DNA of 64,000 bases from an uncultured Lachnospiraceae bacterium. Lineage in GTDB: Bacteria; Bacillota; Clostridia; Christensenellales; UBA1242. How positions within the stretch are numbered: the stretch's first letter is position 1; the number at the start of each line of letters is the position of its first letter. A program made the translations under genes and the position numbers. Below are positions 10,019 through 19,755 of this stretch, piece after piece. The DNA lies in contig CAZYDU010000001.1 of the NCBI GenBank assembly GCA_964646345.1, positions 112,826 to 176,825 of the forward strand, read 5' to 3'. A model generated the notes under the pieces. The model was given only the letters and a program-made list of their open reading frames with translations. It was not told where the DNA came from and ran no database searches.

Positions 10019-10276
10019 TTATTTAGATTTTTTTTCGATTGCACCAGCTTTTTCCAAAAGAGCTTTAACTGTTGGAGTTGGTTGAGCACCATTTTTAATC
10101 CAAGTTTGAGCTTTTTCGCTATCAATCTTAACTTCTTCAGGACTAGTGAGCGGATTGTAAGTTCCGATTAAATCAATATATTTTGCATCTCTTGCAACTC
10201 TTGAGTCTGCAACAACGATACGATAAAAAGGTGCTTTTTTGTCACCAAGTCTTGTAAGTCTCATTTTAACTGCCAT
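10019..10276 (-). CDS. rpsP: 30S ribosomal protein S16
   Basis: [26 protein letters not shown]...GAQPT. Confidence 0.98.
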   Translation of the reverse strand: MAVKMRLTRLGDKKAPFYRIVVADSRVARDAKYIDLIGTYNPLTSPEEVKIDSEKAQTWIKNGAQPTPTVKALLEKAGAIEKKSK

Positions 10277-10337
10277 TTTTCTTCCTCCGATTTTTTATTT
10301 ATCATACACAGCGGGTATTCCGCTGAAATGAACGTTA

Positions 10338-11666
10338 CTAAAATTTAAAATTTCTGCCAAGCATTTTTTGAAGTTTTCCATTGTTCATATTCTTCATCAT
10401 TTGTTTGGTTTGCTCAAATTGTTTCATTAAGCCATTAACATCTTGAATTGTTGTGGCTGAGCCTGCAGCAATTCTTTTTCTGTTGCTCGCCTTAATGAGT
10501 TCTGGATTTAAGCGTTCTTTTTTGGTCATTGACTGAATAATTGCTTTGTATTTCACAAGTTTTGCTTCGTCAAAATCTGTAACTTTAAACTTTGAACCAG
10601 CTCCAGGTATCATACTAACAAGGTCTGCTAGATTTCCCATTTTGCCAATTTGTTCAAACTGGATTAAAAAGTCTTCAAGTGTAAAGGTGTTTTTCCTTAA
10701 ATTTTCTTCAACCTTTTTCATCTGTTCTTCATCAACAACAGCTTGAGCTTTATCAATTAACGACAAAACATCGCCCATGCCAAGAATTCTTGAAGCCATA
10801 CGGTCTGGATAAAATGGTTCAATATCCCCTATTTTTTCTCCAACACCGCAAAACTTAATAGGTTTTCCTGTTACAGCTTTAACAGACAAAGCAACACCAC
10901 CACGTGTATCGCCATCAAGTTTTGTTACAATTACACCTGTTATTTCAAGTTTTTCATTGAACTCTTTGGCTACGTTAACCGATTCTTGACCAGTCATTGC
11001 ATCAATAGTTAAAAGAATTTCTGTTGGATTTGTGGCTTTTTTGATTTCGGCAAGTTCATTCATCAATTCTTCATTAATTTGAAGACGACCTGCAGTATCA
11101 ATAATAACAACATCATTACCCATTTTACTAGCTTGTTTTAATGCTTCATTTGCAATTTTTACAGGATTAATTGTTCCTTTTTCAAAGAAATCAACACCTG
11201 CATTTTTTGCACCAATCCTGAGTTGTTCAATCGCTGCGGGACGGTAAATATCACAAGCAACAAGCAATGGTTTTTTACCTTGTTTTTTAAGCATAAGCCC
11301 AAGTTTTGAGCACATTGTGGTTTTACCAGCACCTTGCAAACCGCACATTAATATTACAGTTGGCGGATTTGATGCAACCCCAAGCTTAACGTTTGTTTCG
11401 CCCATTAATGAAACAAGTTCATCACGAACAATTTTTATGACTTGTTGTCCAGGAGTCAAACTTTTTAAAATATCTTCACCAATAGCCTTTTCAGAAACTT
11501 TATTCACAAAATCTTTTACAACCAAAAAGTTAACGTCAGCTTCCAAAAGTGCAATACGAACTTCACGCATCGCTTGTTTAATTTCAAGTTCTGTAAGCTT
11601 TCCATGTTTGGTTAATTTTGAAAATATATGATTAAGTCTATCGCCAAGTGATTCAAAAAGTCCCAT
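10338..11666 (-). CDS. ffh: Signal recognition particle protein Ffh
   Basis: ALLEADV, GLQGAGKTT, DTAGRL, TKLDGDTRGG motifs; C-terminal M domain. Confidence 0.98.
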   Translation of the reverse strand: MGLFESLGDRLNHIFSKLTKHGKLTELEIKQAMREVRIALLEADVNFLVVKDFVNKVSEKAIGEDILKSLTPGQQVIKIVRDELVSLMGETNVKLGVASNPPTVILMCGLQGAGKTTMCSKLGLMLKKQGKKPLLVACDIYRPAAIEQLRIGAKNAGVDFFEKGTINPVKIANEALKQASKMGNDVVIIDTAGRLQINEELMNELAEIKKATNPTEILLTIDAMTGQESVNVAKEFNEKLEITGVIVTKLDGDTRGGVALSVKAVTGKPIKFCGVGEKIGDIEPFYPDRMASRILGMGDVLSLIDKAQAVVDEEQMKKVEENLRKNTFTLEDFLIQFEQIGKMGNLADLVSMIPGAGSKFKVTDFDEAKLVKYKAIIQSMTKKERLNPELIKASNRKRIAAGSATTIQDVNGLMKQFEQTKQMMKNMNNGKLQKMLGRNFKF

Positions 11667-11675
11667 ATATGCTCC

Positions 11676-11993
11676 TTAAAATTTAGTAATAATTTTTTCA
11701 AGTTTTTGTTTTGCATCAGAATTTAAATTTGATTCAAGCAATCGTAAATCACTTTTAAGTTCTTGTTTGAAGCGAACAAAACCACATTTTTCTTCCATGT
11801 CAAGGAGTTGCTTTTTTGCTTTAGAAATAGCATCATGAATAGCTTGTCTCGAACCATTTTCAAGTTCAGCCATTTCACTTTCACTAATATCGAGATTTAA
11901 GTACTTATACATAACTTCATACTGTTTTCCCGACAAAAGCTTGCCATACTCGTCAAAAAGAAATGTGAATTTTGTTAATTCATCAATTTGCAT
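11676..11993 (-). CDS. ylxM: YlxM family HTH protein
   Basis: LFDEYGKLLS.KQ and SRQAIHDAI motifs; directly upstream of ffh. Confidence 0.88.
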   Translation of the reverse strand: MQIDELTKFTFLFDEYGKLLSGKQYEVMYKYLNLDISESEMAELENGSRQAIHDAISKAKKQLLDMEEKCGFVRFKQELKSDLRLLESNLNSDAKQKLEKIITKF

Positions 11994-12073
11994 AACCTTT
12001 GTTTACATTTGAAACTAAACTAATTTATGATAATCATATCAAATTAATTACTCACGTTCCAAATTCAGCCCCC

Positions 12074-12125
12074 TGTAAAGCATTATTACTTTACATAGTA
12101 TAATATATTTATTTGTCTTTGTCAA
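12074..12125 (-). promoter_or_regulatory. Sigma-A promoter of ylxM-ffh with a palindrome over the start site
   Basis: TTGACA (12120-12125), 17 bp, TATACT (12097-12102); TGTAAAG-N8-CTTTACA at 12074-12095. Confidence 0.75.
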
Positions 12126-12163
12126 CACTATTTTTATTATTGCTGAAAATTTATTTGTACAAA

Positions 12164-13063
12164 TTATTCAAAAATTGCATCTACAAAATCTTTTGCATTA
12201 AATTCCAACAAATCTTCTGCGGTTTCCCCAACTCCAATATAACGAATAGCAAAGTCATAATCATTTGCTAAGCTTACCAAAAATCCACCTTTGCTTGTGC
12301 CATCGAGTTTTGTTACGGCAATATCAGTTAGACCCACAGCTTCGTTAAACAACTCAACTTGATTCATTGAATTTTGACCAGTTGTTCCATCAACTACAAT
12401 AAATTTGTGGTATTCTGCTTCCTGCCATTCTCTAGACACAACTTTTCCAATCTTTTTAAGTTCTTCCATTAGATTGACTTTATTGTGAAGCCTGCCTGCT
12501 GTGTCAATTAACAAAACATCGGCATTTTTTGCTTTGCTTGAAGATATTGCATCAAACACAACAGCTGATGCATCTGCACCTTGTTCGCCTGAGACATATT
12601 TAGATTTTGTTTTATCTGCCCAAACTTTTAATTGATCGCCCGCAGCGGCTCTGAATGTATCAGCACCAGCAATTACAACTTTTTTGCCCATATCGGAAAA
12701 TTTCTTTGCAAGTTTTCCTATTGTTGTTGTTTTTCCAACACCATTCACTCCAACAACCATTATAGCCAAAGGATAAGAATATTCTTCCAATTCATTTTGC
12801 TCTAGTATTTCAACTAAAATTTCCTTCAAAACATCTTTGCATTCTTCAGTTTTCTTAAGTTTTCTTTGTTTAGATTCTTCTCTAAGTCTATCCAAAATTT
12901 CTTCAGTCGCACTTGTACCAATATCAGCTGAAATTAAAATAAACTCAAGTTCATCGTAAAAATCTTCATCGATATCATTTCCCGTGAAAACATATTTCAG
13001 TTTTTCAAAAAATGACTTTTTTGTATTTTTTAATCCACTAGCGAGTCTCGAAAAAAATCCCAT
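12164..13063 (-). CDS. ftsY: SRP receptor FtsY
   Basis: GVNGVGKTTTIGKLA, DTFRAAA, DTAGRLH and TKLDGTSKGG motifs. Confidence 0.97.
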   Translation of the reverse strand: MGFFSRLASGLKNTKKSFFEKLKYVFTGNDIDEDFYDELEFILISADIGTSATEEILDRLREESKQRKLKKTEECKDVLKEILVEILEQNELEEYSYPLAIMVVGVNGVGKTTTIGKLAKKFSDMGKKVVIAGADTFRAAAGDQLKVWADKTKSKYVSGEQGADASAVVFDAISSSKAKNADVLLIDTAGRLHNKVNLMEELKKIGKVVSREWQEAEYHKFIVVDGTTGQNSMNQVELFNEAVGLTDIAVTKLDGTSKGGFLVSLANDYDFAIRYIGVGETAEDLLEFNAKDFVDAIFE

Positions 13064-13114
13064 AAATACTCCATTTTTATTATTTTTTTAGAAAAATTTG
13101 ATTAATTTTGCGTT

Positions 13115-16100
13115 TTATTCTTCTCCGCCATCAATTTTGATAGCATCAGATAGTTTAACTGAAACCACTTTCGAAACACCTTTTTCTTCCATTGTAACAC
13201 CATAAAGTGAGTCAGCAAGCTCCATTGTTGGCTTACGGTGAGTAATTACAATGAATTGTGTGTTACCGCTGAATTTGTGCAAATATTTAGCATAACGTTC
13301 AACGTTTGCATCATCAAGTGCAGCTTCAATTTCGTCCAAAACACAGAATGGCATTGAGCGAAGTTTTAATATTGAAAACAATATTGCAACTGCAGTTAAT
13401 GCTTTTTCGCCACCTGATAAAAGTGTTATACTTTGAAGTTTCTTGCCAGGTGGTTCGGCAATAATATCAATACCGCACTCCAAAACATTATTTGGGTCAG
13501 TAAAGCAAATGTCAGCCTTACCACCACCAAAGAGCTCTCTGAAAGTTACTTGGAAATTACTTCTAATTTTTTCAAAGCATTCGCTAAATTGTTTTTCCAT
13601 TCTTTCAGTTAAGTCCTTAATAATCGTATCAAGGTCTTCTTTTGCTTTCGTCATATCGTCACGTTGACTTGCCAAATCATCATAACGAGATGAAATTGTT
13701 TTTATATCTTCAATAGCTGCTAGGTTTACAGTTCCAAGTTTTTGAATTTGTTTCTTTATATCTTGTGCTTGACTCGTGCCTTCCTTTATATCAAAACTTT
13801 CATTGTAAACTTGCTTTGCATCAGCATAAGTCATTTGATATTCTTCCCAAACACGTGTTTGCAAATTCTCAAGGTCTGTATCAATTTTAACTAATCTATT
13901 TTCTTCTTTTGCTTTTCTATCATTGGCTTTTTGGATTTCGCCAGCAAGCATCATTTTATTGCCATCGGCTTCATTCATATCCTGTTGAAATTTCTTTTTC
14001 GTCTCAGTTATTGATACAATTTTCTGTTTAACTAATTCAATTTTCTTTTGACTAGCAGAAAACGCACTTGTTTGCATAATATCATTGATATTTTGCTCTA
14101 AGTCAGAAATTTGTTGATTATTTTTTTGAATATCAAGCATAAATTCTTTAGATTTAAATTCATTTTGCGCAATCAAAATTTCAACTCTTTCATGATTAGA
14201 ATTATTGGTTTCAAGCTTTGTTTTTAAACTTTCGTTTTGTATTCTAAGTTCGCCAAGCTTTTGGAAAATTTCATCACGTTCAGCTCTAAGCTTACCAAAA
14301 TTATCAGTTGCTTGCTTTTTATCTTGAGCAACTTTGGTTTTCTTGCTATTAATATCATCTTGAAGTTTTGATATTCTTGAAATTTCATTTTCAACAAACT
14401 CAATTTTATCAAGCACTGCCTTAAACATAATTTCTTGCTCAGAAATTGTTTGTGATGTTTCATCAAGCTGTTCTTCTAGCGAATCAATTATTTCTTCTTG
14501 CTTTACCTTTTCAATTTCTAAAGCATGAATTTCATCAATCAAGTTATTGAGTTTTGTGTTCTCAATAGAAATCAAGTTTCTAATTTCTTCTTGTTTAGAT
14601 GTGAACTTTTCAATGTTATGTTTTAAAAGCTCAAGGTCTTTTTTTAGTTCATCAATTTCTCTGTCACGACCCAAAATATTTGCATTGTTTTCTTTTCTAG
14701 AACCACCAGTAAGCGAGCCTTGTGGAGAAATTACATCACCTTCAAGAGTAACGATTTTTGTTGAATAACCTGTTGCTCTTGAAAATTCAACAGCATTATC
14801 CATATTATCAATAATAATTGTTGAACCAAGCAAGCTATTAAATACTTTTTCGTACTTTTTATCATATTCAATAAGGTCGCTGGCAATTCCACATACACCA
14901 CGCATATTTAGTTTTGCTTGAGCTTGAGATGAAATAAATCTTTCCTTAACACTTGTTACAGGCAAGAAAGTTACACGTCCAAACTTGTTAGTCTTTAAAT
15001 AATTGATTAAGTCTTTTGCATCTTCTTCATTTTTGGTAACGATATTTTGCACAGATGCACCAAGCGCCATTTCTATTGCAACTTCATATTTTGCAGGCAC
15101 ACGCATTAATGATGCGACAACCCCGACAATTTTCCCGCCGATAGATGAACCATCATGTGCTTGTTCAAGAAGACGTCTTACACTTATCGCAAAACCTTCG
15201 TTGTATTCTTTCATTTCCGATAGGACATTAAATTTACTAAGTTTTGTGTGATAATCAGCTCTAGCTTCATCAATTTTTTCAGTAAAGTCTGAGTAAGAGT
15301 CATTAAACTCACTAATTTTTTCTTCAACATCAGATTTTTCATCATTTTTAGATTCAATTTTATCTTCTAGTTTTTCAATCTCATGCTCAGCATTTTCAAT
15401 TTTGTCTTCAAATGACTTATTGTCTTTTTCAAGTTCTTCTTTTTCATCAAACAATTCTTTTTGTCTAGTCTTTAAAGATTCAAGCTCGGTTTCATATTTT
15501 AATAACCTTGATTTGATATCTCCAGATTCTTCCAATGCTGAAAATAATGCAGAGTCAACATTCTCAGCATCAGCTTCGCCCAAGCTTAACTTTTCAAGAG
15601 TTGTTTTATATTGAACTTCCAAATTCTTTTGATTTTCTTCGCTCTTTTCAATATCTGCTTTCAATTTGATTTGTTCATCTTCTAGTTGTTGTTTTTCCTT
15701 TTTAGATGAGTCAATTACAATTTCACATTGTTTGATGTTATCAAGAGTTCTTTCATTTTGCTCTTTTGCGATAGAAATTTTTTCGTTGTAAAGTTTAATT
15801 TCGCCATTTTGTTTTTCGAGAGCTACGGTTAAATTTAAAAGTTCATCACGGAGATTATTTATAGATTCATCAAGTGAAGAAATTTGTTCTTGAGAAAACT
15901 CATATTTTTTCACAGCATCTTCAAATTCAGTTTGTTTTAATGTAATTTCTTCTTCTATGGATTTAATCACATCGAAAATCTTTTGTTTTTCAACATTTGA
16001 ATTGTCACTTTCATAAACGTAAATATTAAGTTCCAATTCTTTTAGTTTGTTGGATAATTCCAAGAATGTTTTTGCATTTTCGGCTTGATGCTTTAATGGT

Positions 16101-16708
16101 CCAAGTTGTTTTTCAAGCTCAAAAATAATATCATTAATACGAGCCAAGTTATCATTAACTTTTTCAAGTTTTGATACAGACCCCGCTTTTTCTTCTTTAA
16201 ATTTAGATATACCTGCAGCTTCTTCAAAAATATTTCTTCTGTCTTCTGGTTTTGCCGACAAAATGCTGTCAATTTTACCTTGTCCGATAACTGAATAACT
16301 TTCTTTTCCAAGCCCAATACTTCTGAAAGCATCAACAATATCACGGCGTCTACATGTATTTTTATTGATTAAGTATTCACTTTCGCCACTTTTATAGAGT
16401 TTTCTTGTTAAAATAACTTCATCAAAATCCAAATCAAAAATCTTTTCTTTATTATTAAAATATAACGAAACTTCACAGTATGATTGTGGTTTTCTCTTTT
16501 CAGTTCCATTAAAAATAACATCTTGCATGCTCGAACCACGCATAGATTTTGCACTAGATTCACCCATTACAAAACGAATTGAATCGGCAACGTTACTTTT
16601 TCCGCAACCATTTGGTCCAACGATAGCTGTTATGCCCGACTCAAATTTAATTTCAACCTTATCTGCAAAGGATTTGAACCCATAGATGTCTAATTTTTCA
16701 AAATTCAT
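13115..16708 (-). CDS. smc: Chromosome segregation protein SMC
   Basis: GPNGCGKSN Walker A, long coiled coils, hinge GRVTFLP, LSGGE signature, LDEIEAALD Walker B. Confidence 0.98.
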   Translation of the reverse strand: MNFEKLDIYGFKSFADKVEIKFESGITAIVGPNGCGKSNVADSIRFVMGESSAKSMRGSSMQDVIFNGTEKRKPQSYCEVSLYFNNKEKIFDLDFDEVILTRKLYKSGESEYLINKNTCRRRDIVDAFRSIGLGKESYSVIGQGKIDSILSAKPEDRRNIFEEAAGISKFKEEKAGSVSKLEKVNDNLARINDIIFELEKQLGPLKHQAENAKTFLELSNKLKELELNIYVYESDNSNVEKQKIFDVIKSIEEEITLKQTEFEDAVKKYEFSQEQISSLDESINNLRDELLNLTVALEKQNGEIKLYNEKISIAKEQNERTLDNIKQCEIVIDSSKKEKQQLEDEQIKLKADIEKSEENQKNLEVQYKTTLEKLSLGEADAENVDSALFSALEESGDIKSRLLKYETELESLKTRQKELFDEKEELEKDNKSFEDKIENAEHEIEKLEDKIESKNDEKSDVEEKISEFNDSYSDFTEKIDEARADYHTKLSKFNVLSEMKEYNEGFAISVRRLLEQAHDGSSIGGKIVGVVASLMRVPAKYEVAIEMALGASVQNIVTKNEEDAKDLINYLKTNKFGRVTFLPVTSVKERFISSQAQAKLNMRGVCGIASDLIEYDKKYEKVFNSLLGSTIIIDNMDNAVEFSRATGYSTKIVTLEGDVISPQGSLTGGSRKENNANILGRDREIDELKKDLELLKHNIEKFTSKQEEIRNLISIENTKLNNLIDEIHALEIEKVKQEEIIDSLEEQLDETSQTISEQEIMFKAVLDKIEFVENEISRISKLQDDINSKKTKVAQDKKQATDNFGKLRAERDEIFQKLGELRIQNESLKTKLETNNSNHERVEILIAQNEFKSKEFMLDIQKNNQQISDLEQNINDIMQTSAFSASQKKIELVKQKIVSITETKKKFQQDMNEADGNKMMLAGEIQKANDRKAKEENRLVKIDTDLENLQTRVWEEYQMTYADAKQVYNESFDIKEGTSQAQDIKKQIQKLGTVNLAAIEDIKTISSRYDDLASQRDDMTKAKEDLDTIIKDLTERMEKQFSECFEKIRSNFQVTFRELFGGGKADICFTDPNNVLECGIDIIAEPPGKKLQSITLLSGGEKALTAVAILFSILKLRSMPFCVLDEIEAALDDANVERYAKYLHKFSGNTQFIVITHRKPTMELADSLYGVTMEEKGVSKVVSVKLSDAIKIDGGEE

Positions 16709-16718
16709 ATCTTTTTTC

Positions 16719-17393
16719 CTATACTTGTTTAAGATTATTTATTGCTTTGCTTGCAGCCATTTCTTCTGATGAACGTTTGTTTGTTCCTGTACCAGAACCC
16801 ATTTTAACATCATTTATATAAACATTAGTTTTATAGGTCGGCTGATGGTCAGCTCCGCTTTTAGAAGTCTGATAAACAATTTTCGCTTGTTTTAACATTT
16901 CTTGAAGTTTGGTTTTAGGGTCATCTACAAAACCATTAACTTTTATGTTATCCAATTTTTCGCCAACGGCAAAGTTGAAGAACTTTTTTGCATTTTCTAT
17001 ACCGCCATCTAAAAATATCGCACCAACAATAGCTTCAAACATATCACATTTAACAGCTTTGGAGCTGATTTGGTTTTTGCTTTCGCCAACACCTTTTAGC
17101 AGGTATTTTTCCAAACCCAATTTATCCACAGCTTCTGCAAGTGGTTTTTCACTGACAATCATTGAACGAATTTTGGATAAATCGCCTTCTTTCTCGCTAA
17201 ACTCCAAAAAAAGTCTTTCGGTTATGATAAACTCTATAACCGCATCTCCCAAAAATTCAAGTCTTTCATTAGACTCAACATTATGTTCATTTGAATAACT
17301 TGAATGAGTGAGTGCTTTGATTAACAATTTTGGACGGCTGAACTTATAACCAATAATTTTTTCAACTTCCGTCAAATTAATTTGTTTTTTCAT
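16719..17393 (-). CDS. rnc: Ribonuclease III
   Basis: ALTHSS and NERLEFLGDA signature; C-terminal dsRBD. Confidence 0.97.
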   Translation of the reverse strand: MKKQINLTEVEKIIGYKFSRPKLLIKALTHSSYSNEHNVESNERLEFLGDAVIEFIITERLFLEFSEKEGDLSKIRSMIVSEKPLAEAVDKLGLEKYLLKGVGESKNQISSKAVKCDMFEAIVGAIFLDGGIENAKKFFNFAVGEKLDNIKVNGFVDDPKTKLQEMLKQAKIVYQTSKSGADHQPTYKTNVYINDVKMGSGTGTNKRSSEEMAASKAINNLKQV

Positions 17394-18415
17394 GAGTCAC
17401 TTCCAACCATGCTCGAATTTTTTATACCTTCTCTCATTTTTTCAATGTAGCCTGATTTATGAATTTGGATAACTTGATTTACGCAAGCATAAATGGTCTT
17501 AGCTTTGCTTGAACCGTGAGATTTAACTAAAATTTTGTCAATTCCCAAAAATGGAGAACCACCAACATCTGTATAGTTCATTCGAGACTTTAATTTTTTA
17601 AATGCTGGTTTTAAAAACAAATATCCAATTTTTGCTCGTAAACCGCCACCCTTGATTTCTTGTTTTAACATTTCCATAAAGGTGTTCATAGTTCCTTCAG
17701 CTGTCTTTAATGCAATATTTCCAGCAAAACCATCAGAAACAAGCACGTCATAATTTCCTGAAAACATTTCTCTTGCTTCCATGTTTCCAACAAAGTTGAT
17801 TTCAGGAGTATTTTTCAAAAGTTCAAATGCCCCATGAACTTGCTCATTCCCCTTATGGTCTTCAACACCATTAGAAATTAACGCAACCCTTGGATTTTCT
17901 TTGCCAAGCATAGCTTTCACATAAATTGACCCCATTATCGCAAATTGTTTTAAATATTCAGGCTTGCAATCTACATTTGCACCGCAGTCGATAAGCAAAG
18001 TTTGTCCACCAGTTATTGTTGGCAAAAATGGAGCAAGTGCTGGACGTTTTACACCTTCCATTCTTCCAATAGTAAATAATCCACCAGCAAGAACAGCTCC
18101 CGTGCTTCCCGCACTAATCATACCAATAACCTCGGGGTCTTCTTTTAAAATTTTAAGACCTGCAACAAGTGAACTTGTTGTTTTTCTACGAATAGCCATA
18201 GTTGGAGATTCATTACAAGAGATAACTTCAGGGCTATCAACAATTTTTAACTTATCACCCTTATATCCAATCTCATCAATAACTTTTTGTATTTCTTCCT
18301 GTTTTCCTGTTAAAATAATTTCAAGGTCTTCAATTAAATTTACAGACGTTATCGCACCTTTGACAAGTTCGTCAGGCGAGTAATCTGCACCATAACAATC
18401 AATAACTATTTTCAT
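17390..18415 (-). CDS. plsX: Phosphate acyltransferase PlsX
   Basis: SAGSTGA, RPALA, DCGAN, DGFAGNIALK and KSHGSS motifs; start moved to the ATG after AGGAG. Confidence 0.95.
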   Translation of the reverse strand: MKIVIDCYGADYSPDELVKGAITSVNLIEDLEIILTGKQEEIQKVIDEIGYKGDKLKIVDSPEVISCNESPTMAIRRKTTSSLVAGLKILKEDPEVIGMISAGSTGAVLAGGLFTIGRMEGVKRPALAPFLPTITGGQTLLIDCGANVDCKPEYLKQFAIMGSIYVKAMLGKENPRVALISNGVEDHKGNEQVHGAFELLKNTPEINFVGNMEAREMFSGNYDVLVSDGFAGNIALKTAEGTMNTFMEMLKQEIKGGGLRAKIGYLFLKPAFKKLKSRMNYTDVGGSPFLGIDKILVKSHGSSKAKTIYACVNQVIQIHKSGYIEKMREGIKNSSMVGSDS

Positions 18416-18572
18416 ACACAATTCTCCTATTGTAAACATAATTATTATAAATGATTTTATTTTATTTTTCAATTAAATTAAATACTTTACAGCAAAAAAG
18501 AGTTTGGTATACAAAATATTTAACATAAAAAAAGGAAAAAGAATTTAACTATCCTTTTTCCTTGTTAAAAAA

Positions 18573-19280
18573 CTATCTTTCCATTTCAGTTTCTGCGATA
18601 ATATTGTTATTTGAAGCATAGTAAGAATTCCTAAATTTCTTTATATCAACTTCTTTTGAAATTGATTGCAAATATTCATACCAATCTTCATAACAAACAA
18701 ATTTTCTGCCATCTAATGAATCATGTGGAGTGGCACAAAGTGAAATATCAAATGGTTTATCATATTTTAAACTTTGTCTAATAATATGTTCTGTTGCTTC
18801 ACATGGCTCAAGTCCCACAATTAAATCCATCTTTTTAATATTTGTTCCTTTGCCAAATCTTGCATACTCATCACAAATAAATTTATCATTACTGATTGAA
18901 ATACCTAAATTACTAGCTTCTTTATCAGTTAATCGAATCTTTGGGTCAATGGCATACATCTTATTCCCAAATTTTTCAAGAGCTTTTGAGAGTTTGCACA
19001 TTCTTCCAGCACCAACGTCCATGATTTTATTAAAATGTAAAAATCCGTACTTTTTATTGATATAACTCATAAATTTTTCTTCTCTTGTCTTATTATTAAC
19101 CAAACGAGAAGCAACTAAAAAGTCATAAACCTCATCATCAATCACTTCACTTTGATTATCAATGAAGTTATCTAATTTCTGCAAAAAACTATCCATTTCT
19201 TCTTTTGAGAATCGTTCTGGATTTCTCCTTAAATATTTTGAAGCTTCAATATAGACACATATCTTTTCTTGTAATGTCAT
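18573..19280 (-). CDS. Hypothetical protein with a class I SAM-methyltransferase-like fold
   Basis: IMDVGAG motif I, acidic YAIDP motif II, IVGLEPCEATEHII; own promoter (TTGACA...TATAAT) and flanking terminators. Confidence 0.5.
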   Translation of the reverse strand: MTLQEKICVYIEASKYLRRNPERFSKEEMDSFLQKLDNFIDNQSEVIDDEVYDFLVASRLVNNKTREEKFMSYINKKYGFLHFNKIMDVGAGRMCKLSKALEKFGNKMYAIDPKIRLTDKEASNLGISISNDKFICDEYARFGKGTNIKKMDLIVGLEPCEATEHIIRQSLKYDKPFDISLCATPHDSLDGRKFVCYEDWYEYLQSISKEVDIKKFRNSYYASNNNIIAETEMER

Positions 19281-19402
19281 TTCATCTACCCCCTTGTTCG
19301 GTATATTATATCATATCTCCCCTGCATTGTCAATATTGGCTATTTTTCTTCTTCAAATCAAGCAATAAAAAAAGCCCCTTTCGGGACTTTAATTAATAAA
19401 AA

Positions 19403-19594
19403 CTATTTCTTCTTGTCAGCTTTAACTGCAACTATTTTCTCGCCATCATAGTAACCACAGTTATCACATACAGCATGTGCTCTTTTTAATTCATGACAAC
19501 TTGGACATTCAACAAGAGTTGGGGCTGTTGCTTTCCAGTTAGCGATTCTGCTTCTACCTTTAGCTTTTGAAACCTTTTTCTTTGGAACTGCCAT
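19403..19594 (-). CDS. rpmF: 50S ribosomal protein L32 (Zn-ribbon form)
   Basis: MAVPKKKVSKA, CxxC...H.VCxxCGYY; AGGAGG RBS. Confidence 0.97.
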   Translation of the reverse strand: MAVPKKKVSKAKGRSRIANWKATAPTLVECPSCHELKRAHAVCDNCGYYDGEKIVAVKADKKK

Positions 19595-19755
19595 TTTGAA
19601 CCCTCCTATTATCTTAAACCCACTTGAGTTTCTCAAGTAGATTGCAATTTAGATTTTGAACATTTGTGATAAGTTCACACAAATATCAATATAGCATGAA
19701 TATAATACAACAATATTTTCACTTTGTCAATTATATTCACGAAATTAATTTGTGA

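Noticed and set aside
13115-16708. SMC as a Wadjet/MksB or other defence ATPase
   Set aside because: Canonical hinge-containing SMC in the standard rnc-smc-ftsY context
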